Assembly (NCBI GenBank): GCA_964016885.1
Contig: OZ024757.1
Span: 20,026,001-20,090,000, forward strand
DNA: 64,000 nucleotides
Reading direction: 5' to 3'
DNA from: Eledone cirrhosa
Lineage: Eukaryota
Shown: one piece after another, positions 41,816-56,079 of the stretch
How the letters are laid out: every line of letters starts with the position of its first letter
Position numbering within the stretch: the first letter of the stretch is position 1
Made by a program: the position numbers and the translations under genes
Notes under the pieces: generated by a model
The model's database searches: none
The model's input: only the letters and a program-made list of their open reading frames with translations
What the model was told of the DNA's origin: nothing

Positions 41816-42004
41816 CATATTTCTTTAGAGTTTGCTTGCCGTCATTAGTGATCGCAATCTGAGCAATAGTTTCTATGCTGATTGTTCTTAGGGTTACATC
41901 AGAAGAATTCAAGCTGGATAAAACTTTACACATGAAGTCCTCGTACTTGGAGCAGATCTCAAGGGGTCGAATTCTGGCTAGACACCCAAAAAATGTAATT
42001 AGAC
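41816..42004 (-). CDS. PSMD5: PSMD5 exon 6 (SLITFFGCLARIRPLEICSKYEDF...DGKQTLKKY)
   Basis: tgtag/gtaaa junctions; FFG.LA and GKQ.L motifs; phases 1/1. Confidence 0.9.
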
Positions 42005-43242
42005 CTACAAAAAAACAAAAAAAAAAACAACATAGATGAAGAGGAATTCTTTAGAAATTTGTAAAAGTCCCAAATAACTAATAATAAAAAAATAATTGTT
42101 TCTACTTTAGGCACAAGGCGAGCAATTTGAAGGGGAGGGGAAATTCAATTAAATCAACCCCAATACATTACTGGTGCTTTATTTTATTAGCCCTCATAAG
42201 GATGAAAGGCAAAGTTAACCTCGGTGGTATTTGAACTCAGAACGTAAAGGGTCGTAACTATATGCCATGAAGCATGTTGTCCGACACTCTCCTCCCGATT
42301 CTGCCAATCCACTCCCCTTAAAAAATAATAACTGTAACAAAAGTCTTCTTTGCCCACATATTTTTGAGAGGGTCACGGGGGCAGAGCCCCCAAACATTCC
42401 TTCTAGTGGGTCCTGTCAGAAGCAACCCTCTCCAACTGATCCGGCTGGATCCTCAAGTGAATCCAGCCAAGCTCATGGATGTTATCCAACCATCTTGCTT
42501 GAGATCTACCCCTGGGTCTCCTCTTGAACACAACTGTTGTTACCCCCTTAACTAACATATATATATATAACACACACGCACAAACATATATCATCATCAT
42601 CATCATCATCATCACCGTTTTACGTCCGTTCATCCACGCTAGCATGGGTTAGACGGGTTGTCCTGTTGTGGGCAGTGTCTGGTCGGCTGACCATGCCTTG
42701 CTCATACAGGAACTGATCTGGCTTGATTTCTACAGCTGGATGCCCTTCCTAACACCAACCTCATTTACAGTGAGTGCTGGGTGCTTTTTCGTGGCGCCTA
42801 CACGTCCACTTTACAGTGTGGGCTGGGTGCTTTTTTGCCGTGGCACCTCCACGACCACCTTGCGGTGGGGGGAGTGGGGGCATATTGTTTATATGCTTCA
42901 GCATGTACCCATGGGAGGTCGGGTACCCTGTATTACTGCGTGACGCCAGAAGTCACGGTCGTGTGTCATATATATATATTTAATTAGAAAGTAAACAACA
43001 CAATATATAACTATTCCATTACCAAAGGTTTCAGGACACTAGACATTATTAATATACGTCTGGATCGTTCATCAGACAGAGAGGTTATAGATAACGATCT
43101 AGACATATGTTAATATTGTCTGGGATCCAGAAACCTTTGGTAATGGAGTAGTTATATATTGTGTTGTTCATTTCCTAATTAAATAGCTCTGTTCTATACA
43201 TAGAGCACTCTTTTTCCTTTGCTTTTTCTTCGGAAATAGTTA

Positions 43243-43306
<64 letters not shown>

Positions 43307-43992
43307 AAGAAGTGTAAGTCAACAGGTTAAAATTAACTTTGCTTATTCATAGTCACTGTTATATATATATTTCGGTGATAACCATTATGCAACAACTATG
43401 ACCTCATCAGACAGCTAAAATTCGAACAAAAAAAACATAACAATGGGACAAAGCTTACTTCTGTTATTTTGATTTGTTTATAATGCTCGGTGCTGAAATT
43501 TGGTGTTGTTTTCTCAAGGCACCGGTAACATATACATACATATATATGTGTGTGTGTATAAATGTATATACACACACACATTTATAAAAGCAAAGGAGAA
43601 AAAACTAACAAAAACAACAACAAACAAACAAACAAACTGCTATCATTAAAATAATGTTAGATCAAAGAGAAGCAGTTGGTGTGATACAAGAAAAAGACTT
43701 TTATAGTTGACATCAGAAGACAAATTTGTATTTACAGAAGAAATTACTACAAATACAGGGTGTCCCCCAAAAATATATACACATCATCATTTTATGTCCG
43801 CTTTTCCCTGCTTGCTTTATTAGAATGCTGTTGAAGTGTGTATACATTTTTTGGGGATACCCTGTGTGTGTGTGTGTGTATATATATAAGTACATTTGAA
43901 ACCTTGTTTCTCAACTAATTTGGATAGATTATATCTAATGGTGGCAGTGTGTAAATAGTAAGTAAAATGTATACATGTAAGTATGCCACTGT

Positions 43993-44245
43993 TGTATCTG
44001 GTTATATCTAGTTATAGCCAGTTATATCTGGTTATATCTAGTTATATCTGGTTATATCTAGTTATAGCCAGTTATATCTGGTTATATCTAGTTATAGCCA
44101 GTTATATCTGGTTATAACTAGTTATAGCCAGTTATATCTGGTTACATTCGGATATATTAAACAATGATGATATCTAGTTAAGTCTGGTTATATCCGGATA
44201 TATCTAGTTATATCCAGTTATATCCGCCGGCTATATCTAGTTATA
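43993..44245. repeat. 10-bp minisatellite (gttatatcta/gttatagcca/gttatatctg)
   Basis: Direct inspection. Confidence 0.9.
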
Positions 44246-44422
44246 ATAATTTTTATGCAGGGGATTCCTTGAGACATGAAAACTATTTCAAGTGTTCCAC
44301 AAGGGTAAAAAGGTTGGGCAACGCTGGTTTAGGGTGTACATCACCAGCACTAGGGAGGTTGTCATGTGTTTTAACACAACAGAAGAGTCTGTGAAGGTGA
44401 AAAGGTAAAGATAAAGTCTCAC

Positions 44423-44681
44423 TTGGTTGTAGAAGTTCCAGTAACACGTCAGAGTCAGCTTTCATGAGGAGGATCTGAAGATTATCGAGGACTTTGTGTT
44501 CGGTGAGCCAAACATAGCCGTGATCGCTTAAGGCCAAGTCTGTCAGTAGCCCTACACAGTTCATCTTTGCCAACACATCAGTTCCATCGCCACAGAGTTC
44601 AGCAAGCATGGGTTCCAACAGACCAGAACCAATCACCACCGATAAATTTTGGGCAGAGGAATTGCCAATATTTACAAGCAA
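44423..44681 (-). CDS. PSMD5: PSMD5 exon 5 (LLVNIG...SGLL...DVLAKMNCVGLLTDLALSDHG...)
   Basis: ctag/gtgag junctions; DVL..NC..L..LA...HG motif. Confidence 0.92.
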
Positions 44682-44734
44682 CTAGAAAACAATGATAATG
44701 TGTTAGTGATTAGAAACACAGTCACATGGTGTAA

Positions 44735-45955
44735 ATACACACAGGGATACAGTGTACCTATTGTAAACCAGGTATACAGTGTCTATTATAAACTAGATAC
44801 ACACAGGTATAGAGTGTACCTATTGTAAACTAGATATACAAAGGGATACAGTGTACCTATTGTAAACTCGATATACACAGGGATACAGTGTGCCTATTGT
44901 AAACCAGATATACACAGGGATACAGTGTGCCTATTGTAAACCAGATATACACAGGGATACAGTGTACCTATTGTAAACTAGATATACACAGGGATACAGT
45001 GTACCTATTGTAAGCTAGATATACACAGGGATAGGGTGTACCTATTGTAAACCAGATATACACAGGGATACAGTGTACTTATTGTAAACCAGATATATAC
45101 AGGGATACAGTGTACCTATTGTAAACCAGATACACACAGGAATACAGTGTACCTATTGTAAACCAGATATACACAGGGATACAGTGTACCTATTGTAAAC
45201 CAGATATACACAGGGATACAGTGTACTTATTGTAAACCAGATATATACAGGGATACAGTGTACCTATTGTAAACCAGGTATACAGTGTCTATTATAAACT
45301 AGATACACACAGGTATAGAGTGTACCTATTGTAAACTAGATATACAAAGGGATACAGTGTACCTATTGTAAACTAGATATACACAGGGATAGTGTACCTA
45401 TTGTAAACTAGATACACACAGGGATACAGTGTGCCTGTTGTAAACCAGATATACACAGGGATACAGTGTACCTATTGTAAACTAGATATACACAGGGATA
45501 CAGTGTACCTATTGTAAGCTAGATATACACAGGGATAGGGTGTACCTATTGTAAACCAGATATACACAGGGATACAGTGTACTTATTGTAAACCAGATAT
45601 ATACAGGGATACAGTGTACCTATTGTAAACCAGATACACACAGGGATACAGTGTACCTATTGTAAACCAGATATACACAGGGATACAGTGTACCTATTGT
45701 AAACCAGATATACACAGGGATACAGTGTACTTATTGTAAACCAGATATATACAGGGATGCAGTGTACCTATTGTAAACCAGATATACACAGGGATACAGT
45801 GTACCTATTGTAAACCAGATATACACAGAGATACAGTGTACCTATTGTAAACAAGATATACACAGGGATACAGTGTACCTATTGTAAACCAGATACAGAC
45901 AGGGATACAGTGTACCTATTGTAAACCAGATAGAGACAGGGATACAGTGTACACA
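44735..45955. repeat. 37-bp tandem array, about 33 copies, filling PSMD5 intron 4
   Basis: gatatacacagggatacagtgtacctattgtaaacca periodicity. Confidence 0.93.
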
Positions 45956-46025
45956 CTATTCTAAACTGATAAGTAAGTGAATGCATAATAAAACAAAAGC
46001 CCAGTTTCTGTCAAGAAAATCTCAC

Positions 46026-46129
46026 CTCATAAACCCTGAACCGAACCACATCATTTGTGTTCATAATTGATTTAAATACTGAGTGTAGGTCACTCTGAAA
46101 TATTGACTGAAGGCTTTCTGGGCAGTTAT
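46026..46129 (-). CDS. PSMD5: PSMD5 exon 4 (DNCPESLQSIFQSDLHSVFKSIMNTNDVVRFRVYE)
   Basis: tttcag/gtgag junctions; DVVRFRVYE matches the PSMD5 DIVRYRVYE motif; absent from the ORF track. Confidence 0.92.
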
Positions 46130-47334
46130 CTGAAAAAAAAAAAAAACGGAAATATACATGTTACAGCTCACACTTATGTAGGTTTAGCTGACCTCTTACA
46201 AGGTCTGCTTTCCCTGCTGGCATGTGGACCTGGCACTTTTTGTTGTGTCACCAACACAACCACTTTACAGTGTGGACTGGGTGCTTTTTGTTGAGTCACT
46301 AACGCAACCACTTTACAGAGTGGACTGGGTGCTTTTTGTTGTCACCAACACAAGCACAACTATTTTACAGAGTGGACTGGGTGCTTTTTGTTGTGTCAAC
46401 AACACAAGCACAACTATTTTACAGAGTGGACTGGGTGCTTTTTGTTGTGTCACCAACATAACCACTTTGCAGTGTAGACCTGGCGCTTTTTGTTGTGTCA
46501 CCTACATGAGCACTTTGCAGTGTGGACTGGGCAGTTTTTGTTGTGTCAACAACACAACCGCAACAACTTTACAGTGTCGATCGGGTGCTTTTTGTTGTTA
46601 CCAACATGACCACTTCACAGCTGTGGACTGGGTGCTTTTGCTGTGTCACCAACACAACCACAGCAACATATGTAAGCAAGATACAGGACAATACAAGCTA
46701 ATCAACGACAAGTAACAACTGCATTATCATCATCATCATCGACTGCCAAAGGAAGATTGTACTCTATGGTGAATTGTCTTCTGGCTGTCATAACAGTGGC
46801 ACAACACCCAGAAATGATTACAAAGACATTGCTGAAATATGGCCCCTCAATGTACAAAGGTCAGCTGAAAAATTTCATAGGCTGACCAAGATTCTCTCAT
46901 GGATTGACCAAATGAGGTTTATTTTTCAACGTAGTGCCTGGAAAGAAATGATTATTCAAGACTTGAGAGTATATATATGGAGGCACATGGCTTAGTGGTT
47001 AGAGCATTGGCCTTGCAATCGAGAGGTTGTGAGTTCAATTCTCAGACCGGGTGATGTGTTGTTTCCTTGAGCAAGACACTTTATTTCACATTGCTCCAAT
47101 TTACTCAGCTGTAGAAATGAGATGATAAGGACTGGGGTCCCTATCATTCCACTGCAAAGTGGTCGTGGAGGTGCCACGGCAAAAAAGCACCCAGCACTCA
47201 CTGTAAATGAGGTTGGTGTTAGAAAGGGCATCCAGCAGTAGAAATCAAGCCAGAATCAGTTCCTGTCTCACCCTTGCAAGCAGGGAAAAAGCGGACGTAA
47301 AATGAAATGAAAAAAAATATATTGTTGCACTTAC

Positions 47335-47470
47335 CAAGTTTGTTTAACACTGATTTAGCAGAAGAAACTATTTCTAAATTCTCTTGTGCCAACAGTTGTA
47401 GAAGAGAGTTAAGATATTGGTGGTTCTTGCCCAGGTAGGCATCAAACAGATCAGGGGGAAGACGCTTTAA
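47335..47470 (-). CDS. PSMD5: PSMD5 exon 3 (LKRLPPDLFDAY...NLEIVSSAKSVLNKL)
   Basis: ccag/gtaag junctions; phases 0/1. Confidence 0.85.
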
Positions 47471-47664
47471 CTGGAAATACAAAATAATAAACTTCATCAT
47501 CATCATCATCACCATTTAATGTCCCTTTTTCCATGCTAGTATGGGTTAGATGAGTTGTCCTATTGTGAGAAAATCAGGTCAGGTGACCATGTCTTGCTCA
47601 TACAGAACTGTTTCTGGGTTGGTTTCTATGGCTGGATGCCCTTCCTAATGCCATGTCTAATGGG

Positions 47665-48430
47665 TACTTTTTGTCATGACACCTACACTACGACTCTACA
47701 GTGTGGACTGGGTGCTTTTTGTCGTGACAGCTACACAACCACTCTACAGTGTGGACTGGGTGCTTTTTGCCGTGACAGCTACACAACTACTTTACAGTGT
47801 GGACTGGGTGCTTTTTGTTGTGACAGCTACACAACCACTTTACAGTGTGGACTGGGTGCTTTTTGTCGTGACAGCTACACAACCACTTTACAGTGTGGAC
47901 TGGGTGCTTTTTGTCGTGACAGCTACACAACCACTTTACAGTGTGGACTGGGTGCTTTTTGTCGTGACAGCTACACAACCACTTTACAGTGTGGACTGGG
48001 TGCTTTTTGTCGTGACAGCTACACAACCACTTTACAGTGTGGACTGGGTGCTTTTTGTCGTGACAGCTACACAACCACTTTACAGTGTGGACTGGGTGCT
48101 TTTTGTCGTGACAGCTACACAACCACTCTACAGTGTAGGCTGGGTGCTTTTTGTCGTGACAGCTACACAACCACTCTACAGTGTAGGCTGGGTGCTTTTT
48201 GTCGTGACAGCTACACAACCACTCTACAGTGTAGGCTGGGTGCTTTTTGTCTTGACAGCTACACAACCACTCTACAGTGTAGGCTGGGTGCTTTTTGCCG
48301 TGACAGCTACACAACTACTTTACAGTGTGGGCTGGGTGCTTTTTGTCGTGACAACTACACAACCACTTTACAGTGTAGGCTGGGTGCTTTTTGTGGTGAC
48401 AGCTACACAACCACTTTACAGTGTGGGCTC
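47665..48430. repeat. 48-bp tandem array, about 16 copies, in PSMD5 intron 2
   Basis: 16-codon periodicity; grows out of a SINE tail starting near 47500. Confidence 0.93.
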
Positions 48431-48490
48431 AATAGTATCTTCATAATCGAAGTCATCCCAAAGAACAAAGGTCGACCAGGTATTTTTTAC

Positions 48491-48635
48491 CTGTGAAAGT
48501 GAGAGTATTTGTATGTAGTCATTGTTCACGGTGAGGCCTTGTTGAAGATCCTCCGAGTAATTCTCCATTATGGAAGATGGGGGCAGCGCCATGAACAGAC
48601 TGTTCAATACGTCACAGCATATTTTCATTTCTTCT
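48491..48635 (-). CDS. PSMD5: PSMD5 exon 2 (EEMKICCDVLNSLF...LQQGLTVNNDYIQILSLSQ)
   Basis: ttcag/gtaaa junctions; LQxGL...xLxLSQ resembles PSMD5. Confidence 0.88.
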
Positions 48636-48689
48636 CTGAAAAAGAAGAAAAAAATAATCAAAATTTAGAAGAAATTGACCAGAGTTGTT

Positions 48690-51630
48690 GGTATTGATGA
48701 TGATGGTGGCTGTGGTGGTCGTGTTGATGGTGGCTGTGGTGATGGTGGTGTTGGTAATGGTATTGATGTTGTTGGTGGTGGTTGTGGTGTTGGTGGTGAT
48801 GATGATGATGATGATGGTGTTAGTATTGATGGTAATGGTGTTGATGATGATGGTGTTGTTGGTGGTGGTGGTTGTGGTGTTGGTGGTAATGGTGATAATG
48901 ATGATGATGATGATGGTGGTGTTAGTATTGATGGTAATGGTGTTGATGATGATGGTGTTGGTGGTGTTGGTGGCTATAGTATTGATGATGGTGTTGTTGG
49001 TGATGGCAGTGATGGTGGTGGTGGTAATGGTGATGATGATAGTGTTGGTATTGATGGTGGCTATGGTGCTGATGATGATGGTGTTGTTGGTGGTGGTAAT
49101 GGTAATGATGATGATGATTATGTTGGTATTGATGGTGGCTATGGTGTTGGTGGTGATGATGATGATGATGATGATGACTTTAGGTTTTGAATTTTTATGA
49201 TTCCTTAAAGGTAAAACAGGAATAATTTAAAGAAAACTGAGGCATTATCTCTGTAAATGTTACAGTGGCAGGGCCCCGTCCCACCTCGATAAAAAGCTAA
49301 ATGGTGGGGGGTTGAGGGAGGGCCCCTTCCCATCTACTCAATAGCTAAATGTCAGATACAGAACAGACAGTACCGACTGACAGACAGAGCAGGGACAAAT
49401 ATGTGAACTATCTCAACAGAATTATCTGGTTAGGTTTACATCATCATCACCACCACCACCACCACCATCACCACCACCACCACCATCATCAACACCACCA
49501 TGATCATCACCACCACCACCACCATCAACACCACCACCACCACCACCATGATCATCACCACCACCACCACCATCAACACCACCACCACCACCACCATCAA
49601 CACCACCACCATCAACACCACCACCACCACCACCATCATCAACACCACCACCATCGCCATCATGAGTTTCATCATCGTCGTCATAGACAGAGGGAGAAAT
49701 ATGTGAACTATCTCAACAGAATTGTCTGCTCAGGTTCATCATCATCGTCATCATCATCATCATCGGATTGGCAGTATCGGTAGAGGGTCGGATGCCATGC
49801 TTTGCAGCATAGAGTTACGGCCCTTTACGGTCCGAGTTCAAATCCCGCCGAGGTTAACTTTGCCTTTCATCCTTACGGGAGTCGATAAAATAAAGTACCA
49901 GTAATGCACTGGGATAATTGCTGGCCTTGTGCCTAAAGTAGAAACATTTATTATTATTGGCAGTATCGGTAGAGGGTCGGACGCCATGCTTTGCAGCATA
50001 GAGTTACGGCCCTTTGTGGTCTGAGTTCAAATCCCGCCGAGGTTAACTTTGCCTTTCATCCTTACTCAGACTCAGACTCAGAACCTCCTGCGTCGCAAGA
50101 CTCAGAAGCTCCCGCGTCTTGCGACGCATGAGGCAATCACAGTATACAACCGCGTTCAATCAACAGCCAGTGGCACAGCGTCCCGCCATTGTCTGTTTGT
50201 CACTCGCAGGTCCCTCTCAACTGTCTGGCGCCAGTTCATTTTGGGTCGCCCTCTCCGTCTGCTTCCCTGCGGGGTTCCATTTAAGTACTTGGTTCGCCAG
50301 TCTCTCCGGGGTCAATAAAATAAAGTACCAGTAATACACTGGGATAAGTGCTGGCCTTGTGCCAAAAGTAGAAACAATTATCATCATCATAATCCACACT
50401 ACAATTATCATCACCAACACCACCGCCGCCATCATTATCACTAACACCTCACTACCATCACCACCACCACAACCATAATCACCACCCCCGCCTATGCTAC
50501 CACCATGATCATCATCACCACCATGATCATCATCACAATCATGAGCCCCATCACAATTGCCATTATCATCACCACCACCTCCTCCTTGCCTCACCATCAC
50601 CTACAAAGACCATCATCGCCCCCATCATCCTCCTGTCACCACTATCAACACACCATCATCACCTCAACCATCATCACCCGACCCCACCATCATCACTACC
50701 ATCACTATCACCATCATCACCCGACCCCACCATCATCACTATCACCATCATCACCATCACCACCCGACCTCACCATCACCACCCACCATCACCATCACCA
50801 CCCGACCCCACCATCATCACCCGACCAACATCACTACCATCACTATCACCATCACCACCCGACCCCACCAACATCACTACCATCACTATCAACACACCAT
50901 CACCACCCGACCCCCACCATCACCTCAACCATCACCACCCGATCCCACCATCATCACTATCATCATCATCATCACCCGACCCCACCATCATCACTACCAT
51001 CACCACCCGACCCCACCATCATCACTACCATCACCACCTGACCCCACCATCATCACTACCATCACTATCATCATCATCCCCATCACCTCAACCATCATCA
51101 CCCGACCCCACCATCATCACTACCATCACTATCACCATCATCACCCGACCCCACCATCATCACCCGACCCCACCATCATCACTACCATCACCATCACCAC
51201 ACCACCCTCCTCATATTACATTAAATCTATGCAATGCAAAGACAGTAGATTCCTACTGACACCCCCCCCCCCCAACAAAACAGGAGGGGGGTAGGGGGAG
51301 GTTGAGAGGAGGCTCCCATTTAAACTGTTTAGTAAAACTCTTTAAAGGAAAATCTTTACATCCCCTCTCTCCTCCCTCAGTCACGCCACCACTAATGCCC
51401 CCCACCACTACTACCACTACCACCAGCACCACCACACTATCACTACTACTACCACCACTATCACTACTACTACCACCACCACCACCACACTACCACCACC
51501 ACCTCCACCTCCACTACTACCACCACCACACTATCACTACCACCACTACCACCACCACACCATCACCTCCACCACCACACCACTACCACCACCACCACAC
51601 TACTACCACTACCACCACCACCATCACCAC
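48690..51630. repeat. (GGT/GAT)n and (CAC/CAT)n compound microsatellites interspersed with SINE B copies
   Basis: Direct inspection. Confidence 0.9.
50066..50307 (-). mobile_element. RTE-like 3' end with stem-loop and (TCTGAG)n tail, inserted antisense into SINE B
   Basis: W.P.G.RRRGRPKMNWRQTVERDL (frameshifted); SINE core interrupted at catccttac|...|ggggtcaataaaataaag. Confidence 0.7.
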
Positions 51631-53701
51631 GCCCCTGATGTGACATTTGAGAAAGTTCTGTGGTCCTGTCTGTGAGAATTAGAGAAAAGTTTTACTAAAA
51701 TGTTTTACTTAAATTGAATTATTAGGAAAATAGCCACATCAAAAGGTTGACTCAGCTTCATAAAACCTTTGGTTATCTTCCAACAGTGGTTGAATAATGA
51801 GGACACGTGGATTAGTGGTTAGGGTGTGAGATTAATTATCATAAGGTCGAGAGTTCGATTCCTGGTCTGGGTAGTGCATTGTGTTCTCGAACAAGACACT
51901 TCATTTCATGCTGCTTTCCATGACAGAGCTTGGAGGCCCCAATCATAGCTGTCATTAAAATAGTCAAGAAACAACCTATGAGGTGTAACCATGTAGGTCA
52001 GATCAACCTACATAGGTGTGCGCTGTAACAACAACATGATAGGACTGGAGCCCCTATTAGACTAGGGGCCCCTATCATTAAAAAACTCAAGAAACCTCCT
52101 ATGAGATGCAACCATGTAGAGGGCCAGATAAACCTACGAAGGTGTGAGCTATAACAGCAATATACATGTGTGTCTGTGTGTGTGTGATAAGATTGGGGTC
52201 TCATAAGTAAAAGCCTAAAGAAATCTACTTGAAGCAACAAAGTAGGTGGCTAAATATAGGTGCGAGCTGTAAAACGAACAACATACATAGATACTTGTGT
52301 GTGTGCACTACGACCTGGGGCCCCTGTCACTAAAACAACTGAGAAACCTTTGAGATACAACCCTCATGGGAGGCCAACTAATCCTACATAGGGTTTCTGC
52401 TGTAAGAACATGATATGACTTGGGGCCCCTGTCATTAAAACAACTGAGAAACCTTTGAGGAACAACATGATATGACTTGGGGCCCCTGTCATTAAAACAA
52501 CTGAGAAACCTTTGAGATACAACCCTCGTGGGAGGCCAGCTAATCCTACATAGGGTTTCTGCTGTGACATTAACATAGATATGTGTAAATGATATGACTG
52601 GAGACCCCTATCATTAAAACATCTAAGAAAGCTATGAGACACAACCTCACAGGAAGCTATCTAAGTTAACATATGAACGGAATGAGCTATATATTTCATT
52701 TCAATTTCTACACAGGCCCCACCAACATCACCAACACAAACATCACCAACACAACCGCCACCACATCCGCCACCTTAACCCTATAGCATTTAAAATGGCC
52801 GTATCCGGCCAGAATTCTCTCACCTCTTTCTGTTCAAACCGGCCATAACTGGCCATTCATACTGATGTTAAAGTATAGTTCTCAAAATAAATAACATCAA
52901 AATCTCATAGATACGATATTATGTGAGATAAAGCCTTTACTGTGAAAATATAATAGTATATATAGAATGTGAATGCTAAAGGATTAAGCAACAAGGCAGC
53001 CCCTACCACAAACATCTTAACCACTCACTCAGCCATGCTTACCTTATACTACAAGAACTTAGCAGTAAAGTGTGTGTGTATATGAGTGTTATAATATGCT
53101 CTCATGTCTTGAATAATCGTCCCCGCGCTTATTGAATTTTGCTAATCTATCTCTAGTGAAATTTTATTGATTCATATCGATACAGCAGCTGGAGAATCTA
53201 ATAATAATTTCATTCTACATAAAAAAAAACATTCTATATGTCAAAAATAAAAAAGAACATTATAAGAAATCCATATTTACGAACGTATACTATTATCTAG
53301 GACTGGAGAGTACCGTAGGTCAAACCTGTGACGCGGTTGCGCCTCTTGGACAAGGGAAGTAACTTTGTAAAGTTTTAAAAATTAACAGAGTTACGTCCCT
53401 TGGAAATGCTTTGCATGAATCGTTTTCGTTTTGATAAAATATGTCCCAAGATGTGGGCATTCCGGCACACAGGTGTGTACCGGAAGTCCAGTGACTGATA
53501 TACATAAAGAAATGCGTAAATAAATAAATACATATATATATATATATATACAAATACACACACAAATAAATACATATACATATATATATATATATACAAA
53601 TACACACACAAATACATACATTTTGGACCTATATGTATATAGTGTATAGTGAAATAAGATAACAAGGACGATTAGTTACTCCTTCATTACGTTTATTGGT
53701 T

Positions 53702-53786
53702 GGTAACGCACGTTTCGCCACTGATCAGCTCAAGGTTCGATCTGTATCGATCTGACCTGACTATGTAATCCGCAGCTCGTCAGACC
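53702..53786 (-). ncRNA. Type I hammerhead-like motif (family copies at 33088-33173 +, 37793-37877 -, 57728-57792 -)
   Basis: GGT-CTGACGA-GC...GC-GAAAC-GTGC-GTT-ACC on the minus strand; homologous copies share the GAGCTGATC stem II insert. Confidence 0.55.
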
Positions 53787-54305
53787 CCTTGTAATGTGAA
53801 TGTATATAGACTGTTACCTGTGTATATATAGACTGTTGTCTGAGTATATAGATTGCTAACTGTGTATATAGACTGTATAGTATATATATATATATTTAAG
53901 CTTAACTATCGTTTCTCGTATGTATGCCAATCTGGAAGGTATCGATACCAAGTGATATTCGATACCCAGATGATCATCTCAACCTTGGTATGAGTCTAAC
54001 TCTTACCGGTTATCAAATGACCATATATGGTCTATAATTAGATTGTATAAAGTTTATATAGACTGTTACCTGTGTATATATAGACTGTTACCTATGTATA
54101 TATATTGTATATATAGACTTGTATCTATATAGACTATTACTTGTGTATATATAGTATATATATACTCAAGTTTAGCTATCGCTTCTTGTATTGATGTCCA
54201 TTTGGGAGCCATCGATACCAAGTGGTGTTCGATACCCAGAAGAGGATCTTCTCTACCTTGGTATGAGTCTAATTACCCTTACCGGGTATCAAATGACCAT
54301 ACTTA

Positions 54306-54340
<35 letters not shown>

Positions 54341-54706
54341 TTTGGTATCAGGGTTGTATGTTGGAAATACAGGAGAACCGGACGATCTCCCGTAAGAAAC
54401 CGGAAGTAAGCGAACAATATCAACATTTTCCAGCATTGTCGAACACATACCCACATATTTATATTATATATATATATATGCAAGTTATATTTAATTTGTT
54501 GGGATTCAACAAGCTTAAGAGTTTTATAACTGATATGAAGCACTCAACAAATAACTGGAATAAATATTCAATATATTAATAAATGGAAACTATATTTATA
54601 AAAGTAAAATAATTGTGTATATATATATAACGAAGGAAATGTGGTAAGGAACCAGGTGGACCATAACGCACCAAAGTACTCAATACTTAGGGTAGTAGAG
54701 TGGGTA

Positions 54707-54822
54707 ATAGGAACAAGTAAGACCCCGACGGCTGAGCTCAAGCCGTTTCGACGGCTAATTCTGTACAGAATTAGCCGTCGAAACGGCTTGAGCTCAGCCG
54801 TCGGGGTCTTACTTGTTCCTAT
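54707..54822. repeat. Perfect 116-bp palindrome with no spacer
   Basis: Symmetric about ctgt|acag (54764/54765). Confidence 0.95.
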
Positions 54823-55831
54823 ATATATATATATATAGGATACATACATGCGTGTATATATGTATATGTCTGTATGTGTATGTTTATATACATGTATGTA
54901 TGAATGTGTGTCTATGCATTTATATGATAGTATATAAGTGCATAGACACACATTGTATATAAGTGCAGGTTGTGGGTTCAATTCCTGGACTGGATTGCGT
55001 GTTGTGTTCTTGAGCAAAATACTTCATTTTATGTTGCCCCAGTATACTCAATGGATCTTCATAACCCACCTGAGTACTCGATACTTGGGGTAGTAGAGGG
55101 GGTAATATGAACAGATTCAGGGCCCCGACGGCTGAGCTCCTGCCGTTTCGACAGCTAGATCCGAACCGGATTAATATCTCCCACCCCGCCAAAAAAGAAA
55201 ATAAAACATTTCGTAAACATCACAATGATGACATGAAGATTGTAAACGGAACTAATAAAAACCAAATATTAAATCTTCCATCGTTACTTTTTGGCTTTTT
55301 TTTTACATCACTAAACCCCGCTAAATAAATAAGGGGGAGGGGGGGGGTCGATTAAATTGACACCAGTGCATTACTGGTACTTTATTTTATCCACCCCCGT
55401 ATGGATGAAAGGCAAAATTAACTTCGGCGGGATTTGAAATCAGAATGTAAAGGGCCAGAATTCTATGCCGCGATGTATTAACAAAAGACAAACAAATTTC
55501 GAAATTCGAAACAAATGAAAGGGAGCAAAGATTGGTTTCTTATATAGGTACAAGTCCAGTAATTTGGGCGGAGGGGAAAGTCGATTAAATGAACCCCCCA
55601 GTGCGTGACTGGTACTTTATTTTATCGACCATGGTAAGGACGAAAGGCGAATTTAACCTCAGCGGGATTTGAAATCAGAATGTAAAGGGCCAGAATTCTA
55701 TGCCACGATGCATTAACAAAAGACAAACAAATTTCGAAATTTGAAATGAATGAAAGACGGCAAAGATTGAATATGAGTATAAATGAATATAAAATAAAAT
55801 AAAATAAAATATCGAAAGGAATGGATCTTAC

Positions 55832-56013
55832 CGGTTGAAAGAGGGTAGACTGTCGAATATTAAGTTAAAAGACATATTTTGCACATCATCCTGTAGTTGT
55901 TTGCGACTTGTGGCACATATCAGTATTTTTATCTGCTCAAGAACGGACACTTTATCGTCCGTTGTCGGGAAAGAATCTAACAGGCTTGATAAATTACACG
56001 AAGGTGACGCCAT
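55832..56013 (-). CDS. PSMD5: 26S proteasome non-ATPase regulatory subunit 5, exon 1
   Basis: ATG 56013 (MASPSCNLSSLLDSF...), donor gtaaga, phase 2 matches exon 2. Confidence 0.82.
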
Positions 56014-56079
56014 AATTGTCTTTTGATGTAAGTATCAATGAATAGATGTATGGATGTATTGTATTGTATGTATGTATGA

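Noticed and set aside
46979-47055. tRNA-like sequence
   Set aside because: Head of a multi-copy SINE with no proper acceptor stem; continues into the SINE body.
47555-48496. 313-aa Cys-containing repeat ORF
   Set aside because: 48-bp intronic minisatellite derived from a SINE tail, antisense to PSMD5.
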